DNA from: a virus
Lineage: Duplodnaviria > Caudoviricetes
Length of the DNA: 64,000 nucleotides
Direction: 5' to 3' (one strand)
IMG/VR virus record: IMGVR_UViG_3300033073_001881
Span: 1 to 64,000 of that record
The notes beneath the pieces were generated by a model. The model was not told where the DNA came from and ran no database searches. It saw only the letters and a list, made by a program, of their open reading frames with translations. The translations under genes were made by a program, and so were the position numbers. Positions 27,407 to 36,666 of the stretch are shown piece by piece. How positions within the stretch are numbered: position 1 is the stretch's first letter; each line of letters starts with the position of its first letter.

Positions 27407-27646
27407 TTAGATATCCCAATCATAGCCCGTAATATTTTTAAATCTAAAAATGGCCTCTTTTCTTCTCTTAATGGCAGTTTGTGTTTCATCAAAATTAGAT
27501 TCTTTTATTAATTTTTCGTAAAGATCTTTCGATGACTCGATTACTTCGTGTAATGCTGCCGCAGCGCGAGGAGAACTGGTTATTTCAAGTTCTCGTCTCG
27601 CGCCGGTGATATATTCAAGAATTGCAAGTTTAAGATCGTTTTCCAT
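27407..27646 (-). CDS. Hypothetical protein
   Basis: 79-aa ORF; ATAATTA 5 nt upstream; no SD. Confidence 0.6.
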   Translation of the reverse strand: MENDLKLAILEYITGARRELEITSSPRAAAALHEVIESSKDLYEKLIKESNFDETQTAIKRRKEAIFRFKNITGYDWDI

Positions 27647-27671
27647 AAGTTTAATTATTATTAACTAAAGT

Positions 27672-27953
27672 TTATGTAAATCGTCTTAACTTAGATGGAA
27701 CATTTTCTCTAGATCTATTTTGAAGAGCTCTAACATCAGGTGTATTGTGATGAAGAGCCCTGGAATTTCCATCACCTTTTTCGTTGGATTTTTTAATTTC
27801 TTCGTTGATTCTTCTAATGAACCATATTCTATAAGAAACTGGAATATTGTAGCATTCCCAGTAGCTTAATCCCATATAATAACCAAGAAGAAATGCATGC
27901 TCCAGAAAAATTTCTTTATCGCCCGGAGTCAGGCCAAAAAAATCCGGCGCCAA
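27672..27953 (-). CDS. Tail assembly chaperone, C-terminal (gpGT-like) part, probably reached by frameshift
   Basis: FFGLTP...LGYYMGLSYWECYNIPVSYRIWFIRRI resembles the T-domain pattern; overlaps the upstream gene across a T7 run; only a TTG start is available. Confidence 0.7.
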   Translation of the reverse strand: MAPDFFGLTPGDKEIFLEHAFLLGYYMGLSYWECYNIPVSYRIWFIRRINEEIKKSNEKGDGNSRALHHNTPDVRALQNRSRENVPSKLRRFT

Positions 27954-28749
27954 GAGGAATTCTTACCTCCGAACTCTCAGAGCATGAAGGACAATCCATA
28001 TATGACTTCATGTCAATTCCTGGCTCATTTTGATCAATAATTTGACGAAGAGTCAATGAATCTCTTGCAGGCATGCTTCTAATGAAAGAAGAAATTAGAT
28101 TCTTATCAGTTTTGCCATCAATAGACTGAATAGAGAATTGCAATCTTGTTGTTACCAAAGTGTCTGTTAGACCGCCAACTTTCTTCTTTCTTTCCTGAAT
28201 TGCGAGGAGCTCTTCTTCGTCTGCGCCGGTAAGAAATTTAAATCTTACAACTTTTTTAGTCACAGGCAGCGTTACTTCAAACAAGTTTTGATTTTCTACG
28301 GCAGGACTTAAATTTAATGGCTTAATTTCCAAATCGGATAAATTAAATGTCTGTTTTGACTTTGTCTGGCAGGATGGGCATTCAACCTCAACATTATAAT
28401 CAGCACCATAACCAGTAATTCTTAAAGCAACCATCAAAGCGTTTCTATCACCGGATAACATGCTTGAAACGTCAATTCTTTTATCAACTAAGCAAGACTT
28501 AATAAGTTCGGTAATAACTGTTCCTTTTTTAATTAGGGCTCGAGAAGTAAGAATATCTTCCTCACGAGCAGTCATAGCTTTTACATCCACTGTTTCACAA
28601 AGATGCAAAGGCGAATCAGATGAATAAACTAAACCTCTAGATGGCAATGGAATTGATTCTACAGGAATATCAAAACCAAAATCATCTTTCATAACATCAC
28701 GAGTTGGAACACCACCAAAAACCTGATTACGCTCATTTCTCTCTGACAA
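27916..28749 (-). CDS. Tail assembly chaperone / T4 gp26-like baseplate assembly protein
   Basis: IPLPSRGLVY, VKAMTAREEDIL, GDRNALMVALRITGYG, CPSC twice, ends FFWPDSGR; between tube and tape measure genes. Confidence 0.8.
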   Translation of the reverse strand: MSERNERNQVFGGVPTRDVMKDDFGFDIPVESIPLPSRGLVYSSDSPLHLCETVDVKAMTAREEDILTSRALIKKGTVITELIKSCLVDKRIDVSSMLSGDRNALMVALRITGYGADYNVEVECPSCQTKSKQTFNLSDLEIKPLNLSPAVENQNLFEVTLPVTKKVVRFKFLTGADEEELLAIQERKKKVGGLTDTLVTTRLQFSIQSIDGKTDKNLISSFIRSMPARDSLTLRQIIDQNEPGIDMKSYMDCPSCSESSEVRIPLGAGFFWPDSGR

Positions 28750-28792
28750 GAAAACCTCCGATAATAGTTGATTAAATTATCGGAGGTTTTCT
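28749..28792 (-). terminator. 17-bp hairpin: tube-gene terminator that also occludes the chaperone RBS
   Basis: Perfect arms 28749-28765 and 28776-28792 (AGAAAACCTCCGATAAT), 10-nt loop; the mRNA 3' arm contains GGAGG, TTTT and the first base of the TTG start. Confidence 0.8.
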
Positions 28793-28819
28793 ATGAATGT
28801 AAACTACTAATTTAATAAA

Positions 28820-29308
28820 TCAGTACTGAAGAACACAATTATCCATCTGCAATGTGAGAGCAATTTCGGTTGCTTCCTCAGCATTATAGTCGAGATCATT
28901 GAATGTTGCGTTGGTAATCTGGGCACCTTTGATGTCCCAAAGTTCAACGACGGTTCCAATAGGATCAAGCATTTTTAGCTGAATATCGCGCTTGTAGAAA
29001 TCGGCATATCCTGCACGGCCTGAAACTGATTCATAGTGAGTGCGAATCCATTCCATAACCTGCTGGGCACCTGAAGGTGCAATTGGATCGTAAAGCACAA
29101 CATTCATTGTGCTAAACTTTGCCTTTCCTGCAATGTAGCGAACTGTGTTAATCCAGTGGATTTCCTGCTGACCAATTTCTACAGTTGGTCTAGCAGTTGA
29201 TTTTACGAGAAATGCGTCGATGCCCTCAATAGCAAGAACCCAGCGAAATTTACGCTTTGGTTCGAATCTATTAGGAAGCATGTCTGTGACTGAAAGTGTT
29301 TCTGCCAT
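28820..29308 (-). CDS. gp19: Tail tube protein (T4 gp19-like)
   Basis: EPKRKFRW, KSTARP, YIAGKAKF, EWIR, YKRDIQLKMLDPIG, WDIKGA; follows the sheath genes. Confidence 0.9.
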   Translation of the reverse strand: MAETLSVTDMLPNRFEPKRKFRWVLAIEGIDAFLVKSTARPTVEIGQQEIHWINTVRYIAGKAKFSTMNVVLYDPIAPSGAQQVMEWIRTHYESVSGRAGYADFYKRDIQLKMLDPIGTVVELWDIKGAQITNATFNDLDYNAEEATEIALTLQMDNCVLQY

Positions 29309-29347
29309 GATACTAACTCCTTATTCCTAAGTATTCATTTACCTGAA

Positions 29348-32239
29348 CTAAATCTCGACACCTGGGTTAGAAACAACGAAGTCTAGAGAGATAAATTCCA
29401 CTGAACGGGTTGGTTGAATGAAAATCTTCCCACGAATTGTATTGTTTTCAACATCGGCCTGAGAGGTTGTTGTTGTGTCGATCTTAACCTTGTATCTATC
29501 GACACCCTGCTGAGCCTGGACCTGCTTAAGAATAGGATCAACAAGTGCTGAGAATCTTGCAAGTGTTGTTTCACGATTTGGCTCAAAAAGAATAGTGTTG
29601 GCAACATTTCTTACTTTTCTGCGAAGATCGATAAGAAGTCGACGAACGTTTACTCTATCTAAAGATGAAGCTCTTGCAAGAAGTGTCTTTTGACCATAAA
29701 CCAAAGGAATCGCTGAACCTGGGATGGTTGTGATAGGGTTGATATCAGCATCATAAAGAACATCAAGATTATCTCTATTAAGCTTTGTCTGTGTTTCAAT
29801 AACAGTACTTAATGCACCGCGAGTAAAACCAGCTGGTGCAAACCAAGGATATGCAATCGAGTCGTTAAGACCGAAAGCTCCAAGAACTGCTACTGATGGA
29901 GGACATACAACATTTGTGCTTGTGGTAGGATCTGTTATAACAACATCTGGGAAGTATGCTGCTGCAAAAGATGTGTTAAGGTGTCTATTCTTCAAGCCAT
30001 TTGCAGTAAGTGACACAGATACAGTGTCTGTAGATCCTGTGATAACGCTGTCATAGATATTTTTCTGCTCGATATCCATAATGTAGATTGCGTCGAATCT
30101 TGTAGTTGTAGCATCGATTGCGTAATCTGTTACACCTGGCTCTCTAATACCTGGAATGGCAAGAATTTGAATATCGGCAAAAGATTTATCTGATAGAATA
30201 TCGATAGCTTTTCTATAAGCCGCGACCGTTGAACCATCAGGACCGCCTTGAGTTGAAACATAATCCATTTCACGAGCTGCTGCGTTATCGGTTAGTTTGG
30301 ATTTGTCGCCATTGAAAATATTGACACCATCAAAACCGCCTTGAACATAGAAGCTAAACTTAAGGAACTTTCTTGTACTAAAATCCTTAAAATCATTTTC
30401 TACATCAACGAATCTATCCATGCCAGCAGACAATACGCCATCTCTTGCGTAAGAGGCTTCGGACCATTTGTTTGGATCAGGATAACCAGTGACAGCTGAT
30501 TCTTTAACCTGAACATTTTCAAGTGAGAATCCATTGTTATTGTAAGTATCTGCACTTGCAGAGGTTAATTGATTAGCATTTCCAACCAAATATCTGCTAA
30601 AATACTTTGTCAATGATTCAATGTTGTTGTCAGTATATGTGTTCTTGTTTGGCTCTAAAAGAGAATTATTTACCTCGAACTGAACTCCCCAATGCAGGTT
30701 TGGAGAAGCGTTCGCTGCGGTTCCTGTTCCTAAACCAATTGTTTTTCTAAATGGAACTGGTATCATCTTAACATCACTAATAGTACTTAGATTGTCTGCG
30801 ATATCAAGATATTCAACACCTCTGAAGCCCATTGGCAATGAATTGGCAGGAATTTCCATATTTTCGACATCTTCATCGATTTCTACACGAATGTAAGATG
30901 ACTTATTATTGTAGCTTCCTTCCTCAACAATTTTCTGAGCGCCTGTGACACGATCAAAATCGTAATAACGCTTCATGTCGCCAATGGCTTTTCCAATGTA
31001 TCTGTCTGACGATGGGTTAAGTGTCAATCCAATATAGGATTCGAGAACCATTGGAACATCATCAGTGTCACCAAAATCTCTTACATAAAGATCGAAAGTT
31101 CCAAATTCAGATGAAGGATCTGAAGAAGGTGTGATATTTCTAATAGAGATCTTGAATGTTGTATTGGCGTATTCTCCATCATCAAGAGCATGGATTTTGA
31201 AGAGATTTTCTGATACTCCACCAAACTTTTGAGAAACAACCCAAGATGAGTTTGCAGTTTGGAATCTATCTTCAAAACCATCAAAGTTAGGAATAGATGT
31301 TGTGCCAGTATTAAATGAGTTGATGCCTGGAAGGATGAAAGCAGCGTCAGCGCCAGTTCCTAAGCCTAAAGAAATGTCTGTTGCGACATTTGTTCCTGTT
31401 ACAACCGCATGCGCCGAATAAACATCGTATGTTGTGTAAAGGTAATGGCCTGATTTCTCAATTTTAGTTGGATCTGTATTAAAAACATTTCCAAAATAAT
31501 TTGGTGCCTGAGGATCAAAGCTTGCCGTAATGATGTTTGAATAAGCTGATGTAGCCAAATGACCGCTTAAAAGAAGAACGAATTCCTGAAGCCCGGATGT
31601 AAGGCCGTCAGTGTATCTTACTGTTCCAACAGGATCACCATAAGCAGCGCCTGGAGTGCCTGATGGCAAATCATTAGAAGCCAATGACGATGATAAAACT
31701 GGCAAAACTCCACTTGGCGCAAATAGGACACCTCTAAGAACAGGTATCGCATCAGCTGATGGCTGAGAACCGGCTGTGGAAAATATGTCAGAGCCATCTG
31801 AACCTGACATGTAGCATCCTAAGAAATAAGTTTTTCCTGAATAGCTACCGACTGCGTATGGATTTGCTCCAATTTGTCCATCAGCCTGAATCTGCTGCGA
31901 TCCAACTACGAAACCGGCATTATTGACTTTTCCGACATTCTCTCCGGTTGTTGTTCTCTTTTTTGCATCACCAACACCAAGAACTTTGAGATAAGTACCA
32001 GCTTTTGCTGTTCTTAGCCATTCGTTCATTGCTATTGGACCAAATTTTTCTCCATCTGATGGTCCAAATTTATTGACAAAGTCAGTATAACTTGCAACAG
32101 TGGTTGGAACAAATGCTGGACCGCGCAATGATGTGCCAACTACGCCTGCTGGCACTCCTTGCGGAATAGCCGATGTAGGACCAGAAAGATCAATTTCTCG
32201 CGTTCCAACACCTGGACTTTTAAAAGTAAGTTCTGCCAT
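29348..32239 (-). CDS. gp18: Tail sheath protein, copy 1 (963 aa)
   Basis: SPGVGTREIDLS, GPAFVPT, WFAPAGFTRG, INPI, GQKTL, DRVNVRRLL, IQPTRSVEFISLDF. Confidence 0.92.
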   Translation of the reverse strand: MAELTFKSPGVGTREIDLSGPTSAIPQGVPAGVVGTSLRGPAFVPTTVASYTDFVNKFGPSDGEKFGPIAMNEWLRTAKAGTYLKVLGVGDAKKRTTTGENVGKVNNAGFVVGSQQIQADGQIGANPYAVGSYSGKTYFLGCYMSGSDGSDIFSTAGSQPSADAIPVLRGVLFAPSGVLPVLSSSLASNDLPSGTPGAAYGDPVGTVRYTDGLTSGLQEFVLLLSGHLATSAYSNIITASFDPQAPNYFGNVFNTDPTKIEKSGHYLYTTYDVYSAHAVVTGTNVATDISLGLGTGADAAFILPGINSFNTGTTSIPNFDGFEDRFQTANSSWVVSQKFGGVSENLFKIHALDDGEYANTTFKISIRNITPSSDPSSEFGTFDLYVRDFGDTDDVPMVLESYIGLTLNPSSDRYIGKAIGDMKRYYDFDRVTGAQKIVEEGSYNNKSSYIRVEIDEDVENMEIPANSLPMGFRGVEYLDIADNLSTISDVKMIPVPFRKTIGLGTGTAANASPNLHWGVQFEVNNSLLEPNKNTYTDNNIESLTKYFSRYLVGNANQLTSASADTYNNNGFSLENVQVKESAVTGYPDPNKWSEASYARDGVLSAGMDRFVDVENDFKDFSTRKFLKFSFYVQGGFDGVNIFNGDKSKLTDNAAAREMDYVSTQGGPDGSTVAAYRKAIDILSDKSFADIQILAIPGIREPGVTDYAIDATTTRFDAIYIMDIEQKNIYDSVITGSTDTVSVSLTANGLKNRHLNTSFAAAYFPDVVITDPTTSTNVVCPPSVAVLGAFGLNDSIAYPWFAPAGFTRGALSTVIETQTKLNRDNLDVLYDADINPITTIPGSAIPLVYGQKTLLARASSLDRVNVRRLLIDLRRKVRNVANTILFEPNRETTLARFSALVDPILKQVQAQQGVDRYKVKIDTTTTSQADVENNTIRGKIFIQPTRSVEFISLDFVVSNPGVEI

Positions 32240-32265
32240 AATTTCTCCTTGCCTCTTACTAAGTA

Positions 32266-35200
32266 TTACTCAAAAGAGACGCCTGAAGGTGTGATAACAA
32301 AATCAACCGCAATAAATTCGATTGTCTTTGTTGGTACTAGCACGATCTTACCGTTCAGCCTATTCTGTTCGGCATCCTGCTGTGTATTATTTGAATCATC
32401 CATGATGACTTTAAACTTCTCGATACCTGCCTGTGCCTGGATTAAACCAAGAAGAGGAGTAACCGAACCAATGAATTTAGTTCTTACAGCTGGTGTATTT
32501 TGTTCAAATAGCAATCTTCCTGCAACATCAGAAACAACTCTCTTAACTTCGAGGAGTAATCTTCTTACATTGACTCTATCAAGCGCTGATTTTTTGAGCT
32601 GAAGTGTTTTTTGACCAAAAATAACAAATCCACCTGATGGGAATGTTGCAATTGGATTAATTCTTGCATCATAAAGAACATCGCGATCTGGCTGATTAAG
32701 TCTAACATGCACATTGCTAATAAAATCAAGAGCGGCTCTGTTGAAACCAGCTGGCGCGAACCAAGGATATGAAACCTTGTCACTGTATGCTATTGCTCCC
32801 ATGGCGGCAACAGAAGCAGGAACCTTGACATTTTTGTTAAGTTTAGCGTCTGGGATGTAAACATCAGGGAAGTAAGCTGCTGCATAGTTGTTATCAATTC
32901 CAAGCCCAATGAAGCTCTCTGAAGTTTGTCTAACCGAAGGTCTTCTTGAAGTTGTAGAATCGAAGATTCTTGCGCCATTATCATCATATGAAGGAATATC
33001 TCTTACATACAATGCCAACGAATAATCTCTAACAGCATCCTGGGCATAATTCGTGACAAGTGGCTCTCTAATACCTGGTATTGCAAGTAGATTGATATTT
33101 GATGAAATTTCATCTGTTAAAATATCAACAGCAGATCGATATGAAGAAACTATGTTATTATCGACGCCCGCACCTGCAGCATTTGCTAATAAACCTGATT
33201 CTACGACACCTTGTGCTTTTCCATCTTCGCCTTGATAACCTGATTCTGTAGAAGATGCTCTATCATTCATAAGTCTATTGTCTCTATCAAGAATATTGAG
33301 ACCATCAAATCCACCGTAAAAAACATTGGTGAATTTATTGAATGATGAGAATCTATTAAAGATTACCGATGATGAAGCAATTAGCGTCGCCATGGTAACT
33401 CTATCATCGGAGCCATAATTTATCGAGTAATTTGTAGATGATGGAGTTCCATTTCTTACATAGGCTGCTTCTCGCATATGAACTTCAGCAGTTCCAGTTA
33501 CTGTTGTAATAGAACCATTTGCAAGAGCAACTCTTGCAAGAGTGAATTTATTTGCGTTAAATGCATCTGCAGCAGAACCTGTTACTAAAACATCTTGTTT
33601 TAAAATTCCCTGGAATTTTGTGTAACTTGATACAAGATTATTTTGTAAAGTACCAAGATTGTAATTTAGAATAGCATCATTAATGGATGATGATAAAGGC
33701 ATTGACTGAACAACGACGCCCCAATGAAGTCGACTATCGACTCTTTCGTTAGCACCATAAGTTCCAATATTAGCAGTTCCTGCTGTATCTGCCATTGTTC
33801 CACGAGTTACCTTAAATCTAAATGGAAGTGGTGGAAGAATAGAGGCTGTGATATCACTAACAATATTGTTGGAAAGTCTTGATGGGCCTGTGTATGTCTC
33901 ACCACCAAATGACAGTGAAGAAGCTGAATCGTTGAGGCTGTCAACAGTTTTCAAAACTGGAATTCCGCGGAAACCAAATGGTAGAGCTTCCTTAGGAACC
34001 TGCCCAGATTCAAGAGCTGGATTCATTACGACTCTAACGTTGGCACTTCTGTTTGGATATTTTCCTGAAATAATAAGTCTGCGCTCGGCCTTTTCATCAG
34101 TGTCAAAGTTCCAATAAACCTTCTTATCACCAATAACTCTTGCAATGTAATTTTCAGCTCTTGGATTTAAACTGACTTTTGCATAGTATTCGACACCTTT
34201 TTGATTAATGTCGTCATCGCCAAATTCTCTGAAAACAACATCGAAAGTTCCATATGGCTGATCAGGATCGGTGCTTGCCTGAATATTGGTGATAGAAACC
34301 TTTAATTTGTCATTTCCATATGCACCATCAGAAATGGTTTCAAAATGGAAGAGATCATATTCAAAATTTCCAAAAGGCTGTGAAATAAATGGTGTTGTTC
34401 TTGGGGTTGTAAATCTTGTGTCATAACGGCCGAATTTTTCTGTCCAGTCTTCAGTTCCAGATGTAACAAGAACTTCTGCTGTGGCAGTTCCTGCCTGGAC
34501 GAGTGCAAGATCCTTTTCAACTGGGAAATCAAGATAAAGAAGATGCTTCTTGGTTGCAAAAAGATCAGGATCTGTATTTAAAATTCTTCCAACGTAAGAA
34601 TTGTCATTTGGATCTAGCGAAGCGGTTAAAATTCTGACGCCTGGGAATCCATCGTCTGAAGCAAATGTTGAACCTGCATTAGAATAAATGATAACCTTGA
34701 ATTTTCTTGCAAGACCTTCAGTATTTGAATCTGGGCCTAAATAAGCCGAAAATCCGGTAGCGTCATAAGTGTCATCGAAAGGAGCAAGATGAATTCTAGA
34801 ACCTGAAGCTGCAAAAACAACAGCTCTTACTAGATTTACAGTTTGACCACCTGCATACGAAACATTGAAACTTGGATTGTCTGTAAAAATTGGAAAGCCT
34901 TCACCTTCATTACCGCCAGTACCGGATGCGCTGATATAGTGTCTTGCTACAATGAATTGAACTGCGCTATCTTGATTGGTAAGATCAGGGGAGATCTTAA
35001 AACCAGCATTTTTTACAACTCCATTTGTGACTGTATCTGAAATATCTGATTGTGTGCTATTTGCTCCGGCACCAAGAACACGGACATAAGTGAGTGACTG
35101 CTTGTGTGCAAGAAACTCGTCTACTGCATAGGTTGCTGGCATTTGTTGATTTAGCTCGCCAAACTTTGCATTAAAATCTGCCATGTTAGCAAGTGTGACG

Positions 35201-35331
35201 GGCACGAACGCTGGTCCTTTTTCGGCGGTTCCAATGATTCCACCAGGAACTCCAACAGGCTGCTGTGCACCTGCTACAAGTTCGATCTCTTGTTCGTAGA
35301 AGCCCGGTGAACGAAATGTTTGTTCGGCCAT
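32266..35331 (-). CDS. gp18: Tail sheath protein, copy 2 (1021 aa)
   Basis: SPGFYEQEIEL, GPAFVPV, WFAPAGFNRA, INPI, GQKTL, DRVNVRRLL, VPTKTIEFIAVDF. Confidence 0.92.
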   Translation of the reverse strand: MAEQTFRSPGFYEQEIELVAGAQQPVGVPGGIIGTAEKGPAFVPVTLANMADFNAKFGELNQQMPATYAVDEFLAHKQSLTYVRVLGAGANSTQSDISDTVTNGVVKNAGFKISPDLTNQDSAVQFIVARHYISASGTGGNEGEGFPIFTDNPSFNVSYAGGQTVNLVRAVVFAASGSRIHLAPFDDTYDATGFSAYLGPDSNTEGLARKFKVIIYSNAGSTFASDDGFPGVRILTASLDPNDNSYVGRILNTDPDLFATKKHLLYLDFPVEKDLALVQAGTATAEVLVTSGTEDWTEKFGRYDTRFTTPRTTPFISQPFGNFEYDLFHFETISDGAYGNDKLKVSITNIQASTDPDQPYGTFDVVFREFGDDDINQKGVEYYAKVSLNPRAENYIARVIGDKKVYWNFDTDEKAERRLIISGKYPNRSANVRVVMNPALESGQVPKEALPFGFRGIPVLKTVDSLNDSASSLSFGGETYTGPSRLSNNIVSDITASILPPLPFRFKVTRGTMADTAGTANIGTYGANERVDSRLHWGVVVQSMPLSSSINDAILNYNLGTLQNNLVSSYTKFQGILKQDVLVTGSAADAFNANKFTLARVALANGSITTVTGTAEVHMREAAYVRNGTPSSTNYSINYGSDDRVTMATLIASSSVIFNRFSSFNKFTNVFYGGFDGLNILDRDNRLMNDRASSTESGYQGEDGKAQGVVESGLLANAAGAGVDNNIVSSYRSAVDILTDEISSNINLLAIPGIREPLVTNYAQDAVRDYSLALYVRDIPSYDDNGARIFDSTTSRRPSVRQTSESFIGLGIDNNYAAAYFPDVYIPDAKLNKNVKVPASVAAMGAIAYSDKVSYPWFAPAGFNRAALDFISNVHVRLNQPDRDVLYDARINPIATFPSGGFVIFGQKTLQLKKSALDRVNVRRLLLEVKRVVSDVAGRLLFEQNTPAVRTKFIGSVTPLLGLIQAQAGIEKFKVIMDDSNNTQQDAEQNRLNGKIVLVPTKTIEFIAVDFVITPSGVSFE

Positions 35332-35370
35332 TACTGTCTCCTTGTAAAATTAATTATCATTGTCTAATTA

Positions 35371-35397
35371 TTAAGACACATGATAAGTATGTCTTAA
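35371..35397. promoter_or_regulatory. Palindrome enclosing the ATACTTA motif
   Basis: TTAAGACA(35371-35378)/TGTCTTAA(35390-35397), with TAAGTAT at 35384-35390. Confidence 0.5.
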
Positions 35398-35421
35398 CAA
35401 GTAGTTAAATCATAAATTTTT

Positions 35422-36666
35422 TCAAATATTATCAATTCTAATTACTTCTTCACCTTTAGATGGAATAGAGACAGTAACTCTTCCTACAACTCGCCCAGGC
35501 TTTCCAGTAATTGGATCATTTTCATAAACAATTTTTTTGGTTCTTGAATTAATTTCAGCGACACTGCCAACTGATGATTCTTCAATTTTTTCTTGGCTAA
35601 GTACGGTAGATGAATCGAAATCTTCAGAGCCTGCTGTCGTTAATGATTGCTCTTTTCCATTTGCGGCAATAGACGCAGAAGGTCCCAGAGTGTCTTCTGT
35701 TGCCACTTCACTTAAAAGGTATGATTCACTATTACCGCTTGGCACGGGTGTCTTTATCGATGGACCAGGGTCACTCTGATAAACCCCGAATGATACTGTA
35801 GGTGCTGACAAATAACTTTTTACTCCATTCGGAATTCCTGGTGATTGAGGTAAGATTAAGTACCCTGGAACTTCCGCTGTGATGGTTGCTTTCACAAGTC
35901 TTTCTTCATCAGAAAAGCTATCGAAGTTATTTCCAGATGAAATGGAAGACTCAAAGTAAGCAACAAACCAGTAACCTTTGTTTGTAGTTATTTTTATGGT
36001 TCTACCACCTGGTTGAATGTAGCTTCCTAAAAGAGTTCCAATCATAGAATTGAGCTGACCTACATATTGAGCCCAAAATGTTACCTCGTATTTCAAAGTG
36101 AAATACTTTGGCATAGGAATAACCAAAATTTCATAAATTCCACTATGCAATTTTGGTTGCAATGCTCTTCCTGACTCTGTGTAAAAGTCTTTTATTTTAT
36201 TTGAAACCCCAGCTCCAGGTCCTTCAATGTTGAGAAAACCTTGAGTATTTTTTAATGATTGAAATAACTGATCTTCGCTTGTTATTTTCTTTTTGATCAC
36301 CATTTCGTTGTATCGATCAGAAACTCCTCCACCTTTTGTAGAATCCTGCTCTAATCCCGATCTTGAAATAGAAATTATTGGAAGAATGAGTGAATTATTT
36401 TTATCTCTTAGTGGAGATTTTTTTGATGCCGCTGCAAATCTTTCTCCCGAAGAAAATACAACCGGAATTTTTCTTAATTCGCTATCATTTTTATTTGATT
36501 TGTATGTGAAAGGAAGAACTTTGTCAAATAAATCAAAAAAAGATCTATCAACATCTTCTATTTCGCATGAAGGCAATACGAAGTCTGTTGAATTATTAGA
36601 TCCTTCATATCCACTTGGAATAACACCTTTTATTGATTTGTTTTTATCATATCTAGTTTGATTCAT
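35422..36666 (-). CDS. Tail terminator / sheath stabiliser (gp15-like)
   Basis: LPIISISRSG, MPKYFTLKYEVTFWAQY...QLNSMI; lies between neck and sheath genes. Confidence 0.65.
   Translation of the reverse strand: MNQTRYDKNKSIKGVIPSGYEGSNNSTDFVLPSCEIEDVDRSFFDLFDKVLPFTYKSNKNDSELRKIPVVFSSGERFAAASKKSPLRDKNNSLILPIISISRSGLEQDSTKGGGVSDRYNEMVIKKKITSEDQLFQSLKNTQGFLNIEGPGAGVSNKIKDFYTESGRALQPKLHSGIYEILVIPMPKYFTLKYEVTFWAQYVGQLNSMIGTLLGSYIQPGGRTIKITTNKGYWFVAYFESSISSGNNFDSFSDEERLVKATITAEVPGYLILPQSPGIPNGVKSYLSAPTVSFGVYQSDPGPSIKTPVPSGNSESYLLSEVATEDTLGPSASIAANGKEQSLTTAGSEDFDSSTVLSQEKIEESSVGSVAEINSRTKKIVYENDPITGKPGRVVGRVTVSIPSKGEEVIRIDNI

Noticed and set aside
16430-36666. Contractile injection system (eCIS/T6SS) rather than phage tail
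   Set aside because: Capsid, portal, terminase, neck and replication genes are all present, so this is a phage tail.
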